DNA of 64,000 bases from positions 1 to 64,000 of the forward strand of contig MU053482.1 in NCBI GenBank assembly GCA_013239625.1, read 5' to 3'. The notes under the pieces are model-generated. The model was not told the DNA's origin. It saw only the letters and a program-made list of their open reading frames with translations, and made no database searches. Below, piece after piece: positions 52,368 through 64,000 of the stretch; the first letter of the stretch is position 1, and every line of letters starts with the position of its first letter. Made by a program: the position numbers and the translations under genes. This stretch comes from Lama guanicoe. Lineage: Eukaryota.

Positions 52368-53605
52368 ATTATTTATTATTTATTATTGTTGTTGTTGTTG
52401 TTGTTATTATTATTGAAATATAGTTGACATACAATATTATGTTACTTTCAGGTGTACCACATAGTGATTTGAAATTTGCATGCATTATGAAATGACCACC
52501 ATTTCATATAAGTCTAGTAACCATCTGTTCTCACACAAAGTTAATACAATATTATTGACCATATTGCTTATGCTGTTTATTACATTCCCATGGCTTATTT
52601 TATAACTGGCAGTTTGTACTTCTTAATCCCCTTCACCTATTTCACCCCTGGAACCTCTTTCTCCTCTGGCAACCACCAATTTGTTCTCTGTATTTATGAG
52701 TCTGTTTTCATTTTGTTTTGTTTGTTTGCTTTGTTTTTTAGATTCCACACATAAGGAAATCATACAGTATTTGTCTTTCTCTGTCTGACTTATTTCACTT
52801 AACATAATATCCAATAGATCCATCCATGTTGTTGCAAATGGTAAGACTTCATTTTTATCACTGAGTAACATTCCACTATGTATATGTACCACATCTCCTT
52901 TATTCATTCATCTAATGATGGACACTTAGATGGCTTCAATATCTTAGCTGTTGTAAATAATACTGCAATGAAAATAGAGGTGCATATGTATTTTCAAATT
53001 AATGTTTTTGTTTCCTTCAGGGAAATACTCAGAAGTGAAATTAGTAGCTCATATGGCATTTCCATTTTTAATTTTTCAAGGAACCTCAACCTTCATACTG
53101 TCTTCCACAGTGGCTGCATCAATTTACATTCCACCAACAGTATACAAGTTTCCCTTTTCTCCACATCCTCGCCAACCCTTGTTATTTGTAGTATTTTTGA
53201 TGATAGCCATTCTGAAGGTGTGAGGTGATATCTCATTGTGGTTTTGATTTTCATTTCTCTAATAATTAATGATGTTGAGCATCTTTTCATATGCCTGTTG
53301 GCCATCTATATGTCTTTTTTGGAAAAATGTCTATGAAGTCTTCTGCCCATTTTTTAATCGAATTGTTTGTTTTTTGATATTGAGTTGCACGAGCTGTTTA
53401 TATATTTTGGATATTAACCCCTTATCAGTCCTATCATTTGCAAGGATTTTCTCCCATTCAGTAGATTGTCTTTTTGCTTTGTTTCCTTTGCTGTGCAGAA
53501 GATTTTAGGTTTAGTTAGGCCCCGTTTGTTTATTTTTGCATCTGTTACCTTTGCCTTAGGAGACAGAGCCAAAAAAATATTGGTATGATTTATGTCAAAG
53601 AGCAT
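52368..53605 (-). mobile_element. LINE-1 3' portion with (TTA/TTG)n tail
   Basis: Minus ORFs give L1 ORF2 C-terminal peptides ([52 protein letters not shown]). Confidence 0.92.
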
Positions 53606-53614
53606 CCTGGAGTG

Positions 53615-54570
53615 TTCTTAGAGGGTATTATGCTTACTGAAATGAGTCAAACAGAGAAAGACAAATACTGTTCTACACATTGTGTAGAATTTAAAAAATA
53701 AAACAAACTAGTGAATACAACAAAAAAAGAAACAGACTCACAGCTATGGAAAACAAACTAGCATTTACCAGTGGGGAAAGAAGGGGTATAAATAGGGGGA
53801 GGGGATTAAGAGGTACAAACTACTATGTATAAAAAAATAAACTACAAAGATATATTGTACAACGTGAAATACAATGAATATTTTATAATAACTATAAATG
53901 GAGTATAATCCATAAAATTTTTGAATTACTATGTTGTACACTTAAAATATATTTTGTAAATAACTATATCTCAATTTAAAAAAGAATTAAGCATAGAATT
54001 ACCATAGGACCCCAAAATTCCACTTCTTGATACATACTGCAAAGAATTGGAAACAGGTGTTCAAACAAATCTTACATGGGAATGTTTGTAGCAGCACAAT
54101 TGTCAATAGAAGAACTATGGAAACAACCCAAAGGTCTATCAACTGATGAGTATATAAACAAAAATGGTTTAATCCATACAATAGATATAAAAAAGAAATG
54201 AAATACTGACATACACTGCAACATGGATCTAATTTTAAAACATTATGCTAAGTGAAAAAGCTAGGCACAAAAGTTCTCATATATCTGACTCCATTTATAT
54301 GAAATACATAGAATTAATTCCTAGAGAAAATTCATAGAGGCAGAAAGCAGGTTAGTGGTTTCCAAGAGCAGGAGAAAAGAAAGAATGTGGAGTGATTGCT
54401 TGGTGAGTACAAATTTCCTTTTGGAATGATAAAAATGTTATGAAGCTAGATAGTAGTGATAGTTGTACAATACTGTAAATGTACTAAGTGCCACTGAATT
54501 GCAAACTTAAAAATGGTCAAAATGGTAAATTTTGATATTATGTGTATTTCACCATTATAAAAAAAAAATT
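53615..54570 (+). mobile_element. Two adjacent LINE-1 3' fragments (53615-53985; 53985-54570)
   Basis: gagggtattatgct...acagagaaagacaaatactg...; then catagaattaccataggacccc...ttaaaaatggt... plus A-tail. Confidence 0.8.
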
Positions 54571-54739
54571 GTTGGTTACACAGATGCCCAATAGAGCCCA
54601 ATGGATTAGTCCCAGCATTCCAAAAACTAAAAGAGAGAAAGATAAGAAGTAAGGAAGAAAAAATGATTAAATATGAACTGTCATTAACATTATGTGAAAT
54701 CACAAGAATTGACAACTGACCAACTAGCAAGCAGCAAGG

Positions 54740-54995
54740 TTCACTGAGATTCCCTTAGAGCTTCACTTTCGCTTGTGCGGTGACCAAAGGGAATTCCCAT
54801 TCATTTTAATTTGAATGCCTCAGACTGTCTGGCATCTGGAGATTTCATTACACATCTCCCTCAATATATACACACAAAGACATCTGTTAACATCTCAAGG
54901 TATATTGAGGCTCTGATCTAAAAATTTAAATAAATAACTGGATTCTCAGTTGCTACATGATTCCTAGACAGCAGGCAGAGAACTTGGTAAGTGCT
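54740..54995 (+). promoter_or_regulatory. Candidate promoter / first exon of the OR52E pseudogene at 57340
   Basis: O/E-like ttcccttagag and gggaattccc, TAAT motif, donor TTG|GTAAGT near 54987; acceptor ttttgatttctgtAG near 57257. Confidence 0.3.
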
Positions 54996-55723
54996 TGTGC
55001 TCAGGCTGTGCAATGTGTGCCTAAGATTGGAATTTGGATTCATAGAAACTGAGTTAAGACCTAGAGTACTGGGGTAAAGAATAAAGTGGCACAGATCGGT
55101 GGTCTGGGGAGAGGTAGGAGGAGTATTAAGATGGGAAGAAGTTGTAGAGAAAGTACTTACTGGGCACCTATAATATTTCAGGCATACACAACCTCATTTA
55201 TCCCATCCAATAATAATAGGAGGTAGACAGCACTCCACTTATTTCTAGACAAAACTGAAACAGAACACGATGTAACTTATGTTAGGTCACAAGGCCAGTA
55301 AGAACAGATTCAAGACTCCATTCCATGTCACGATGCCATTAATATTAAATATTTTATGGTTTATTTTTTTCTTTTTCTACACATACTGCCATGATAGTGA
55401 GTGAGACACAAAGTGAACAAAACAAAAGCTGTAGTAGGTAAATGAGAATAGAGTAATGAACTTGAACTCCCCTATGCTTATACTGACTGAACACCTACCC
55501 TGATGTAAAAAAGAATACAACATGGTGATCAGCTTGGTTTTTCTCCATGCTTTATATTTCAAAAGGATTAAACTGAATTCAAACTTGATTATTTAGAGAT
55601 ATGAATTAATCATTGATGCCATGTCCCAGGATAAGGCATGAAATGAGAAGCACAGCTGCAGAAATACTAAAAAAAACAACAACAACAAAAAAACAAAACC
55701 ACAAAAACAAAAACAAAAAACTT

Positions 55724-56342
55724 TGTAACTAAAGAAGTAGATGCATAGTAAAGAATTTGGCCTTGCCCAGAGAGAGGTTTGGCCTTTGCTCTTGGCTTCT
55801 AGGAAGTAATCAATGTCATATCTGATAGGAGTGTCTTTGTTTAAGGTGAGGATTGGCCAAACTAGATCTTAGAGTTGGATCTGGCCTTGCCATAAAGACC
55901 AACAATGTAACTTAGGGTGGGAGCTTTGTGTCATGCAGCACCCATCAACCTGGAGATTGAATCTATCAATCAATCAACTATAGGTAATGAAGACAGTAAA
56001 AACTCTGGACGTTGAGGTCAGGCAAGCATCTTTGATTAGCAGTCTGAATCCATGCATATTGTCACACTTTAATGTCAGCAGGGTACTTCATCCTGACTCC
56101 ATGTGAGAGTACAATGAATGCTTCACATTTGGAAACCTCACACTGTACCCTAAGTCTTTCTTTCTTTTCTGATTTTGATCTTTCCCTATAATAAACTATA
56201 CCCATGAGTATAATGGCTTTCAGTGAGTTCTGTGGTTTTTCTAGTGAATTACTAAACCCCAGTGTAGTTTGGGAAAACCCCTGAACTTGCAATTGAGGTC
56301 AGAAATGAGGATAGTCTTAGAAACTGTGCCTTAAATTTTGCA
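55724..56342 (+). mobile_element. Solo LTR, MER21-like
   Basis: TGTAACTAAAGAAGTAGATG...agaatttggccttgcccagagagaggtttggcctttgc start, AATAAA near 56190, ends ttttgCA. Confidence 0.7.
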
Positions 56343-57339
56343 GTTATTTAGATCAGATCAATGTCACATTTCGCTCAACAGTTACAGAAGTCAACAAGTT
56401 CTTGAAAAAGAACTTATGGAGAGGAAACCACAGACTATCATACCCCCTTGACAACTTATCTTAAATTCCTACTTAAAGATACCTTAATTTTAACTACTGG
56501 GCCCCTAGAATTATGTGAATCTGCTTCTAGACTTAATTCTATTCCACTGTCTCTTTTTCTGCCTTTTTATTTTATTTTTTTGCCAGTAACAAACAGTGTC
56601 ATATCATCATAGCCTTATAGACAATCTCAATATCTGATAGCATAAATATTTCAGATCCATGCCTCTTTGTGGTAGTTTTGGCTATACCAAGCCCTTTCAT
56701 TCATCCTCATCCCCTATTTTTTTTCTCCCTCCTTTCACTACCTCTTTTAACAGGTTTGCAAACACGGGTCCAGTTCAGTATCCCTGAGCCTAGTTGCAAA
56801 CTAATTTCAAATCTTGATTCTGATGCTTATTCGTTTTGGAAGCAATGGGGAGTTACTTAACATGTCAAAACCTTTTTCTTACATAAGCCAGATACAAGCA
56901 GAACTTGTGCCATAGAATTGTAGGGAGAATGAAATGAGATAATATATACAAATAATGGTAAAAACGAAAAACAGTAGGAATCAAATTAATGATAGCTATT
57001 ATTATTGTGGCAGTTATTATTATTATAAATTTAATTATTTCCCAGTAGTATTTATTTTTTGAGGAAGAGGAGTGTTAGTGCATTTATTTACTTTGAATCC
57101 ATAATGTAAAGAAAGACACAGTGTTAGCTTCTAACTGGCACCTCAGCTCTCAACTTATGGAGCTGAAAAAGGAAAAAGAACCAAAGGTCTTTAGAGAAAC
57201 TTATTCCTAATGGCAGTCCTTTGTGTCGGGATTTTTTTTATTTTTGATTTCTGTAGATGTCAATTAACTGTGGATAAGCTGTCCAATAGTGACCAGCAAC
57301 AATTTTTTAAAAACCATGTCAGCATCAGCTTGCAGAAGA

Positions 57340-58263
57340 ATGTCTTCTCCCAATCTCACCGAGTCCCGTCCATCTTCATTCCTGTTGCTGGGAATTCCAG
57401 GGTTGGAAGTTGCACAAATCTGGTTTGGCTTGCCCTTCTGTGTGGTGAATCTGACTGCTCTTGTTGGAAATGTTATCATTCTGTTTGTTATCTGACTGAT
57501 CATAGCCTTCATCAACCCATGTTCTACTTCCTGGCCATGCTGTCAGTGATTGACCTGAGTCTTTCTACAGCTACCATCCCCAAGATGCTGGGTATCTTCT
57601 GGTTCAGCCTTCAGGAGCTGTGCTTTGGGTGCTGTATTGCTCAAGTCTTTTTTATCCACTTTTTTACGGTCATGGAGGGCATTGTACTTCTTGCCATGGG
57701 TTTTGATCGCTATGTGGCGATTTGCAACCCCCTCAGGTACAGCATGATCCTCACCAACAGAGTCATTGGTGTGATTGCTGTGGGTAGTTCTAAGAAGCTT
57801 AAGCATGATTGTTCCCATCATTTTTCTCCTCCTGAGGCTGCCTCATACCTATTGTGAGCACATGGGAGTGGCATGCCTGGCTTGTGCCAGCATTAGTGCC
57901 AATGTCTACTATGGTCTTGGGAATATTTCTATCTTGTTTCTGGATGTGCTTCTAATCATTATCTCCTATGCTAGGATCTTATATGCCATCTTTCACCTCC
58001 CTTCCCAAGATGCCCACCTAAAGGCTCTAAATACCTGTAGTTCTCATATCTGTGTTATCTTAGCCTCCTTTGGCCCAGCTCTCTTCTCCTTCTTCACCCA
58101 TCGTTTTGGTCATAGCATCCCCCAGTATATCCATATCCTTCTGGCTAATTTTTATGTAGTCATCCCCACTGCCCTCAACCCAGTCATTTATGGGATCAGG
58201 ACCAAACAGATCCAGGAGTGGGTACAGAGTATCTTTGTTAAAAAAAGATTGAATGAGAGGTAA
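57340..58263 (+). pseudogene. OR52E-subfamily olfactory receptor pseudogene (OR52E7P-like by position, tentative)
   Basis: OR homology split over three frames: frameshift near 57493 (FVI / [10 protein letters not shown]), frameshift near 57783 (VIAV / VVLRSL), and an 8-codon in-frame deletion at 57841-57843 ([10 protein letters not shown]). An upstream in-frame ATG lies at 57316. Confidence 0.93.
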
Positions 58264-60539
58264 TTTATTCATGTTATGAAGGTATAAAGTCTTAGAAGAC
58301 TGAAATGTGTAATAAAATTAATAAAGAAATTTGTTTCACCAAAATTAATTGTCAATTATTTATATATAAATTATATATAATATATGTTCATCAAAAAGAA
58401 GTATTGGCTGTAATTGTTGGAGGTACGTGTGTTTGTGTGTGTCCAAATGTGCACCTGCAGTAATATTCATTATTGACCTCTGGCATACAATAGGCCATAC
58501 AAGAGTAAATTTCAAAGAAGAGAGCTTTTATTCACTGAAGAAAGAACTTTCTGTTAAAATTTTATGGTGTTCTAGATCTCTTCCAGGTAGTGATAAGATT
58601 TCTTTCAAAGAGATATTCAACTAGATATCACATGGCCAATGAGAAGTATTAAGCGCAAAAAATAATCAAGTACTGCCCAAAAATAAATAGTAAAATGTTT
58701 ACTAAAGTATATGCAAGCAAAGGATAAGGATTAGACCAGGTCTTTTATGTTTTTTTCCCCTTTCTATGCTCTCAATTTTCTGATTCTATGAAGTTCTTCT
58801 TAAGCCCTAAGCCCCTACCATACAATCTCATTTGTGAACTGGTAAATTTAACACTATGTCATTTGGGATTGCCCTTTCTTCTCAGAGTTTAACAATGCCT
58901 GTGGAATGAATGAAAATTATTATTATAGGAAATATTTTTAACAATTAATAAAGCAATTTAGTTAAAAACACAGAGATAATAAAAAGATACGATGTTTCTT
59001 AGCAATTGAGTCATATTTTGGAAAGATGAAAAAGATGTACCTAGTAGCCTGAAGTTTATTAATTTAAAAATTGAATCATTTTGAAGTCTGTAAACAGGCA
59101 AGTAAATGATTATGTGGGATTTTAGAAAGTCTTATCTCAGTTAGCATTTGAGAAGGATAGAAGGGAGATAATTAGTGAAACACAAAGTTAGTTGCAAATG
59201 ATTTTGTAATTCAAGAACGGTAATATAGATAGCTATAATGCAAATAAAAGGGGAGATAATCAGTCATGAGCTACAAGAGACATGGCATACAATTTAGCCA
59301 TACAGTAGCAAGAGATAGCAAAGATTAATACTTATTTATTTTGTTTATTGTTCTTTAACTGGATGACTTTGGGCATTGACATACTTAAGAAGAAAAAAGA
59401 AAATTATTCATAAACTTCAAAAATGCAAACACAGGAAAGGGGGTGGAAACAGAAATTGGACTGTAAAGAAACAAAATTTGGAATGTGAAAAAGTGATTAT
59501 AACAAGGATATATAAAATGGATAAAGTAGGTATAAACAATGTATTCAAGGTTTTCAAAAATGACAACAGAAAAGAAACAATGGCAATTTAAAATTTTTAA
59601 AAATTTAAAGGATGAATGACCTAAGTAGAATATTCTTTAAAGTCAAATCTGAATTTGAAAGTTACCATAGCAATCAGTTCACCCAATCCCATGACATTTC
59701 TAATTAAATATACAAAATCAAAATTTTTAAAATATATTATTAATGATGATCAGTTAATCTCAGTGAGAAGAGTTAATATTGAGGCAACAGTAGAAAAAAA
59801 TAGTAATAACTAATATGTCCACAAGTTTTTATAATCATTAATTAATTGTCACATGTATTATCTATTTTTATATTCTTTATCCCTTAGAGTAATAAGGGGC
59901 CAAATATCCACTTAATTTAGCCATTTTATGACTAAATATTTGTTGTAAAATTCTGCCTTAATTTCTGTGTCAAGATATTTTAAGCACAAATATTTATTTT
60001 CTGCTCTCTTTCAAAACCATGTTGAAATTAACGATAAACTAAAAATAAAATGACAAATATATAACATTATTGGAAAATAGAATATGTCATCAACAGATCA
60101 GATACTTTCAAAAAAAATCAAGAAAAGATAAGGAAGTTGGATGGAAAATTAGATTACATAAACAGCAGCCTAAAATAAATTAAATACAGGCTCTCTAGAA
60201 AAATTTTTTTTCAAACAAGCACAAAATTATTTCCAAATTCAAGGCCAACAAGTACAGTGAGCAGAGCAGAACATGAGACAATCATCGGGCTCCTACATGT
60301 ACGCCTATATTCATAGAATAAATGTGCCAATAATACTTCCCCACATTTTGTACACAGAGATTCACATGAGACTGATTGCTACTTTACTCCAAATAAAACA
60401 TGAGACATACCCTTAAATAAAGGAGGTATTATACAAACAAAAGGGGAGTACATTGACAAGACTGGTAAAGTCATAATGAATAACAGATCAGAATCCATAA
60501 CAAAAGGAAGAAAATTAAAGAGAATCCTCTCCCAGAGTA

Positions 60540-60995
60540 CAGACATATTTTATTTTATTGCTCTTTGCTTTATCGTGCTTTGCAGATACTGCATTTTTTT
60601 AATTGAAGATTTGTGGCAATTCTGAACAAAGCAAGTCTATAAGTGCCATTTTTCCAACAGCATTTGCTCACTTCATGTCTATGTGTCACATTTTGGTAAT
60701 TCCTGCAATATTTCAAACATATTATTATTATATTTGTTACGGTTATCTGGGATCAGTGATCTGTGATGTTACTACTATAATTGCTTTGGCATTTTTTAGC
60801 TACAAATCACTTTTTAATTAAGGTATGTACATTGATATTTTAGATATGATGCTATTGCACACTTCATAGTATAGTGTAAAAATAATTTTTATATGCCCTC
60901 AGAAATCAAAAAGTTTGTGTGACTCATTTTATTGCAATATTCATTTTATTGTGATGGTCTGGATCCAAATCCCCAATATCTCCCAGGTGTCCCTA
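60540..60995 (+). mobile_element. Internally deleted Tigger1-type DNA transposon (MITE-like) with TA target duplication
   Basis: Left end cagacatattttattttattgct...gcagatactgc and right end ...aatatctcccaggtgtccct resemble both recalled Tigger1 termini; TA at 60538-60539 and 60996-60997. Confidence 0.85.
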
Positions 60996-62839
60996 TATAT
61001 TAAAGTATCCTCCTTTACAAATAATGCTTCCTTCATTTTGGAATTTGGAGTTCCCAAAATATCATAGTATTCCCAAATTTTTGCACATGCTAAGGCAATG
61101 GTTGCTTGCTGAAAGTCCTGGTACACATAGCAGCAATAACAGACTGCCCTCTCACTACTGGGAGAGTCATGGTGTGATTTACATAGAAACATATTAAATT
61201 ATTGAAATGCAAGTAGTTTACCGGCAAAAATTGCCATTCCAGATCAGTAAAGAGCTCTGAAAATATACCACCATATTTTAAAACAATAAAATAACAGTAA
61301 TATAATGGACTTTGTTTGGAAGTGATTTTATTATCTGTGAGATATAAACAAAACAGTTGTAACCAAAATACTATAAAAAGACAGAAGCAGACACTAGAAC
61401 ATAAAAGTAAACGGGCATAGACAATTGATCCAGAAAATCTAATATCTATATAATAGTTTTAGAAAGTGAAATAAAAATAAAGAAGGGGAAATAATAAAGT
61501 TTTCAGAGCTGAAAAATTATTCAAGACTTAAGAGAGTTTCTATTAGGCCAAGGGAGACTTAGATACTATTTGGTGAAAGTTGTAAACACAATGGATAAAG
61601 AGAAAATCTTAAAACATTCCCCAGGGGGAAAAAATGACAAGAAAAAGAGAAGGAAAGTTCAACTGAAACAAGTAGAAAAAAATAACACAAATAAAAGAAA
61701 AATATCACCTGACTGATATCAGAATCTCAAATGCAAACGTGGATACTAAGAAAAAATCTTAATGTCCTGATGGAAAATAATTTTGCACTTAGAAGTCAGT
61801 GCTCATTTAACGCATTATACATATTCAAGGGCAAAATAAAGACATTTTCAAAAACATAACTAAGATTTTAATTGAAACTTTTTTCAAAGGGGAAACTTTT
61901 AAAAAATATACTGCAGCAATTTTTAAAGGAAACATTAAAAAATAGTATTTTGTGGTTTAAAACCCATAATTAGTGTGCAAAGGAAATCAACAAAAGCTAT
62001 AGTTTAGTCAAATAATTATTGATAACTTGATTATGATAACATAAATTTTAAGACAGAATATTTGGTGGATTTTTACTTTCAGTAATGATAAGGTAGGTGT
62101 TTCCAATTAATGTTTTTCCAAGGGGGAAAAAAACTAGGAAAAAATGGACAAAATATTTAAAACACATGTTTTAAGGCATTGGATTACTAACAAATTAGCA
62201 AAGATAAGTGGGTCAGGATTTCAGAAAATCTGAAAAAGCTAAAAGAGATAAAGCTTGCCTTCGGTGGCTTTTTTCCTCAGCATGTTTTTTGCATTTTTTT
62301 AATTTAGAAAAGCTCTCAGAAAGGCTAGTAATATGAAGAGAGCTTTAGCAGTATTTATGGCATTGGGTAGGATTGAGCATTGGAGCTCAGAATTTACCAA
62401 GGAATAGCAGAAACAGACCACCAAAGGAATGCCGAGAGTAAAGGTAAATCAGAAATAAACCAGTCATCACAAAGTATGTGGTCTGTCTTAGAATTAGCTC
62501 AATTTCTAATTAAAATGAGGTAAGGTATTCTTACTTTAACCACGTATCAGAACTAAAGTGAAACTCTTCATGGTGAGGCCAACAATATTGATGGCCTAAA
62601 ATACCCTGACAAGGTGTCCTTCATAAAGCCCAGCCTTCAAGAAAAATAAATAAATAACCACATATAAAATAAGCAAAATTTAACAAAACAAAGAATCAAA
62701 CAAAAAAAGTATTCAAAAGAGAGTCAGATAGTTGGACTGCAAAATAACTATAATTATTATACAAAACAAACAGCATGAGAAGATGAAGAATTTCAGGAAT
62801 CAGTACAAGATAATGAAAGACAAAAAAAAAAAAAAAACC

Positions 62840-63960
62840 TTTTCCCTGAGGAACAAGGGGTCTGTGCCCACATTAAGCACCCCAACCCTTGAGTTCAGCA
62901 CTGTGGAGATGAGTCCTCAAGATATCTGGCTTTGAAAACAAATCGATATTATGTCCAGGAGAACCACAGAACTGTAGGAAACAAAACACCTGCTCTTAAA
63001 GGGCTTGCACACAGATTTACCTCAGTACCTGGACCGAAAGTAGCAGTCTGAAAAGCACCTAGACCATGTGTGAAGAAGACCCACTTACTAATCTTAAAGC
63101 ATCTGCCAGAGAGGCAGGAATCTGCTGGGAATGTCTCTGGGGTCAGGGGTCATGGTGCGCACCATTTTTGCCATTTTCTTGCTAGTGCCAGCACTGGTGG
63201 GTGCCATTATGGAAGTCTCCTTCTAACTTGATAGTATCAGCCAGTGTGCCTGCCCCAGACCCTGCACAGCAGCCATTCAACAAGCCAGCTGGGGGAGGGC
63301 CCTGCCCCACTAAACCACAGCTACATCAAAACACAGAAAGCACCCTGCTGTGACCCACACCCAGAGCCAAAGGGCACATGTAGTCACACAGGGAACATCC
63401 CGTGAATGTCTGGCTCTGTTGGCCAAGCCAGGTTGCACTTTTGGGTCCCAAGGCCACTCTGTCAAGACTGGGAGAGGTAGCTGTTTCACCTAACACATAG
63501 AAACAAACACAAAGGGGTAAAATGAGGATACAGAGGCATATGTTCCAAATGAAAAAACAAGACAAAAAGACTCTTAAGTCCCTTAAGGTATCTTCATTTT
63601 TTAAAAATTACTTTTCCTTTTTGCTGCTCTAAGTGAGTTCCAGTGTTTCGTCTTCCTGCTCTCGATCTGTTCTTCTGTTTCATCTAGTCTGCAGTTGAAC
63701 CTCACTAGTGTATTTCCTAGTCTAGTTATTTATTCTGCTATGTGACTTTTATCTGGTATTTTCTTATGTTTTCCATATCTTTGTTAAAGATCTCACTGTA
63801 TTTATTCATTTAGCTCCCAAGTTCAGTAAGCATGTTTATGAGCCTTATTTTGAACTCTTTTTTCTGGTCAATTACTTATCTCCTTTTTAAAAAGTGAGGA
63901 TACCTTAAAGGACCTAGGGACAACATTAAGAAGAATAACTTTTGCAGAAGGAGAAGAGAG
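62840..63960 (+). mobile_element. LINE-1 5'UTR and ORF1 start with an internal inversion (about 63578-63885)
   Basis: GC-richer 5'UTR, then atgaggatacagaggcatatgttccaaatgaaaaaacaagac (ORF1 N-terminus-like MRIQRHMFQMKKQD), an antisense ORF1 block, then sense ORF1 again. Confidence 0.75.
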
Positions 63961-64000
63961 AAGAGAAAAGGAGAAGAGAGAAACAGTTCTATCACTAGCT

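Noticed and set aside
52623..53605. ORFs with L1 ORF2-like peptides (also 10745..10957)
   Set aside because: Fragmented, inactive LINE-1 remnants rather than host genes.
52690..53770. Inverted similarity between about 52690-52820 and 53620-53770
   Set aside because: Two separate L1 3' ends in opposite orientation with different downstream 3'UTRs; not a twin-priming product or a structured RNA.
1..64000. CRISPR arrays, tRNA/rRNA genes, or a novel multi-gene system
   Set aside because: No regularly spaced repeat-spacer array or RNA gene signature seen. All substantial coding signal is explained by OR52 genes and transposon relics.

Overview
Mammalian, AT-rich genomic DNA holding part of a class I olfactory receptor cluster (family OR52). 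There are seven single-coding-exon OR loci: three OR52N-type (+) followed by four OR52E-type (+, -, -, +), resembling my recollection of the human chr11p15.4 block from OR52N3P/OR52N2 to OR52E6/E8/E7P. Four have intact, plausible reading frames: 6254-7210, 16758-17720 (OR52N2-like), 32138-33076 and 38175-39116. One (47348-48289, OR52E8/E6-like) has an open frame but has lost the DRY motif and the HRFG arginine. Two are clear pseudogenes (26804-27807, 57340-58263). The intergenic DNA is mostly LINE-1 fragments, ERV/MaLR LTRs, a Tigger1-derived element, MIRs, microsatellites and two assembly gaps. The repeat content tentatively suggests a cetartiodactyl such as a camelid. I found no convincing undescribed biological system. 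The most notable observations are the cryptically degenerate OR52E8-like gene, a young ERVK-like LTR upstream of it, in-frame deletions at the same ECL2 site in two paralogues, and several resolvable rearrangements. Repeat boundaries are approximate, and family and orthologue names come from recalled sequences, not from a search.
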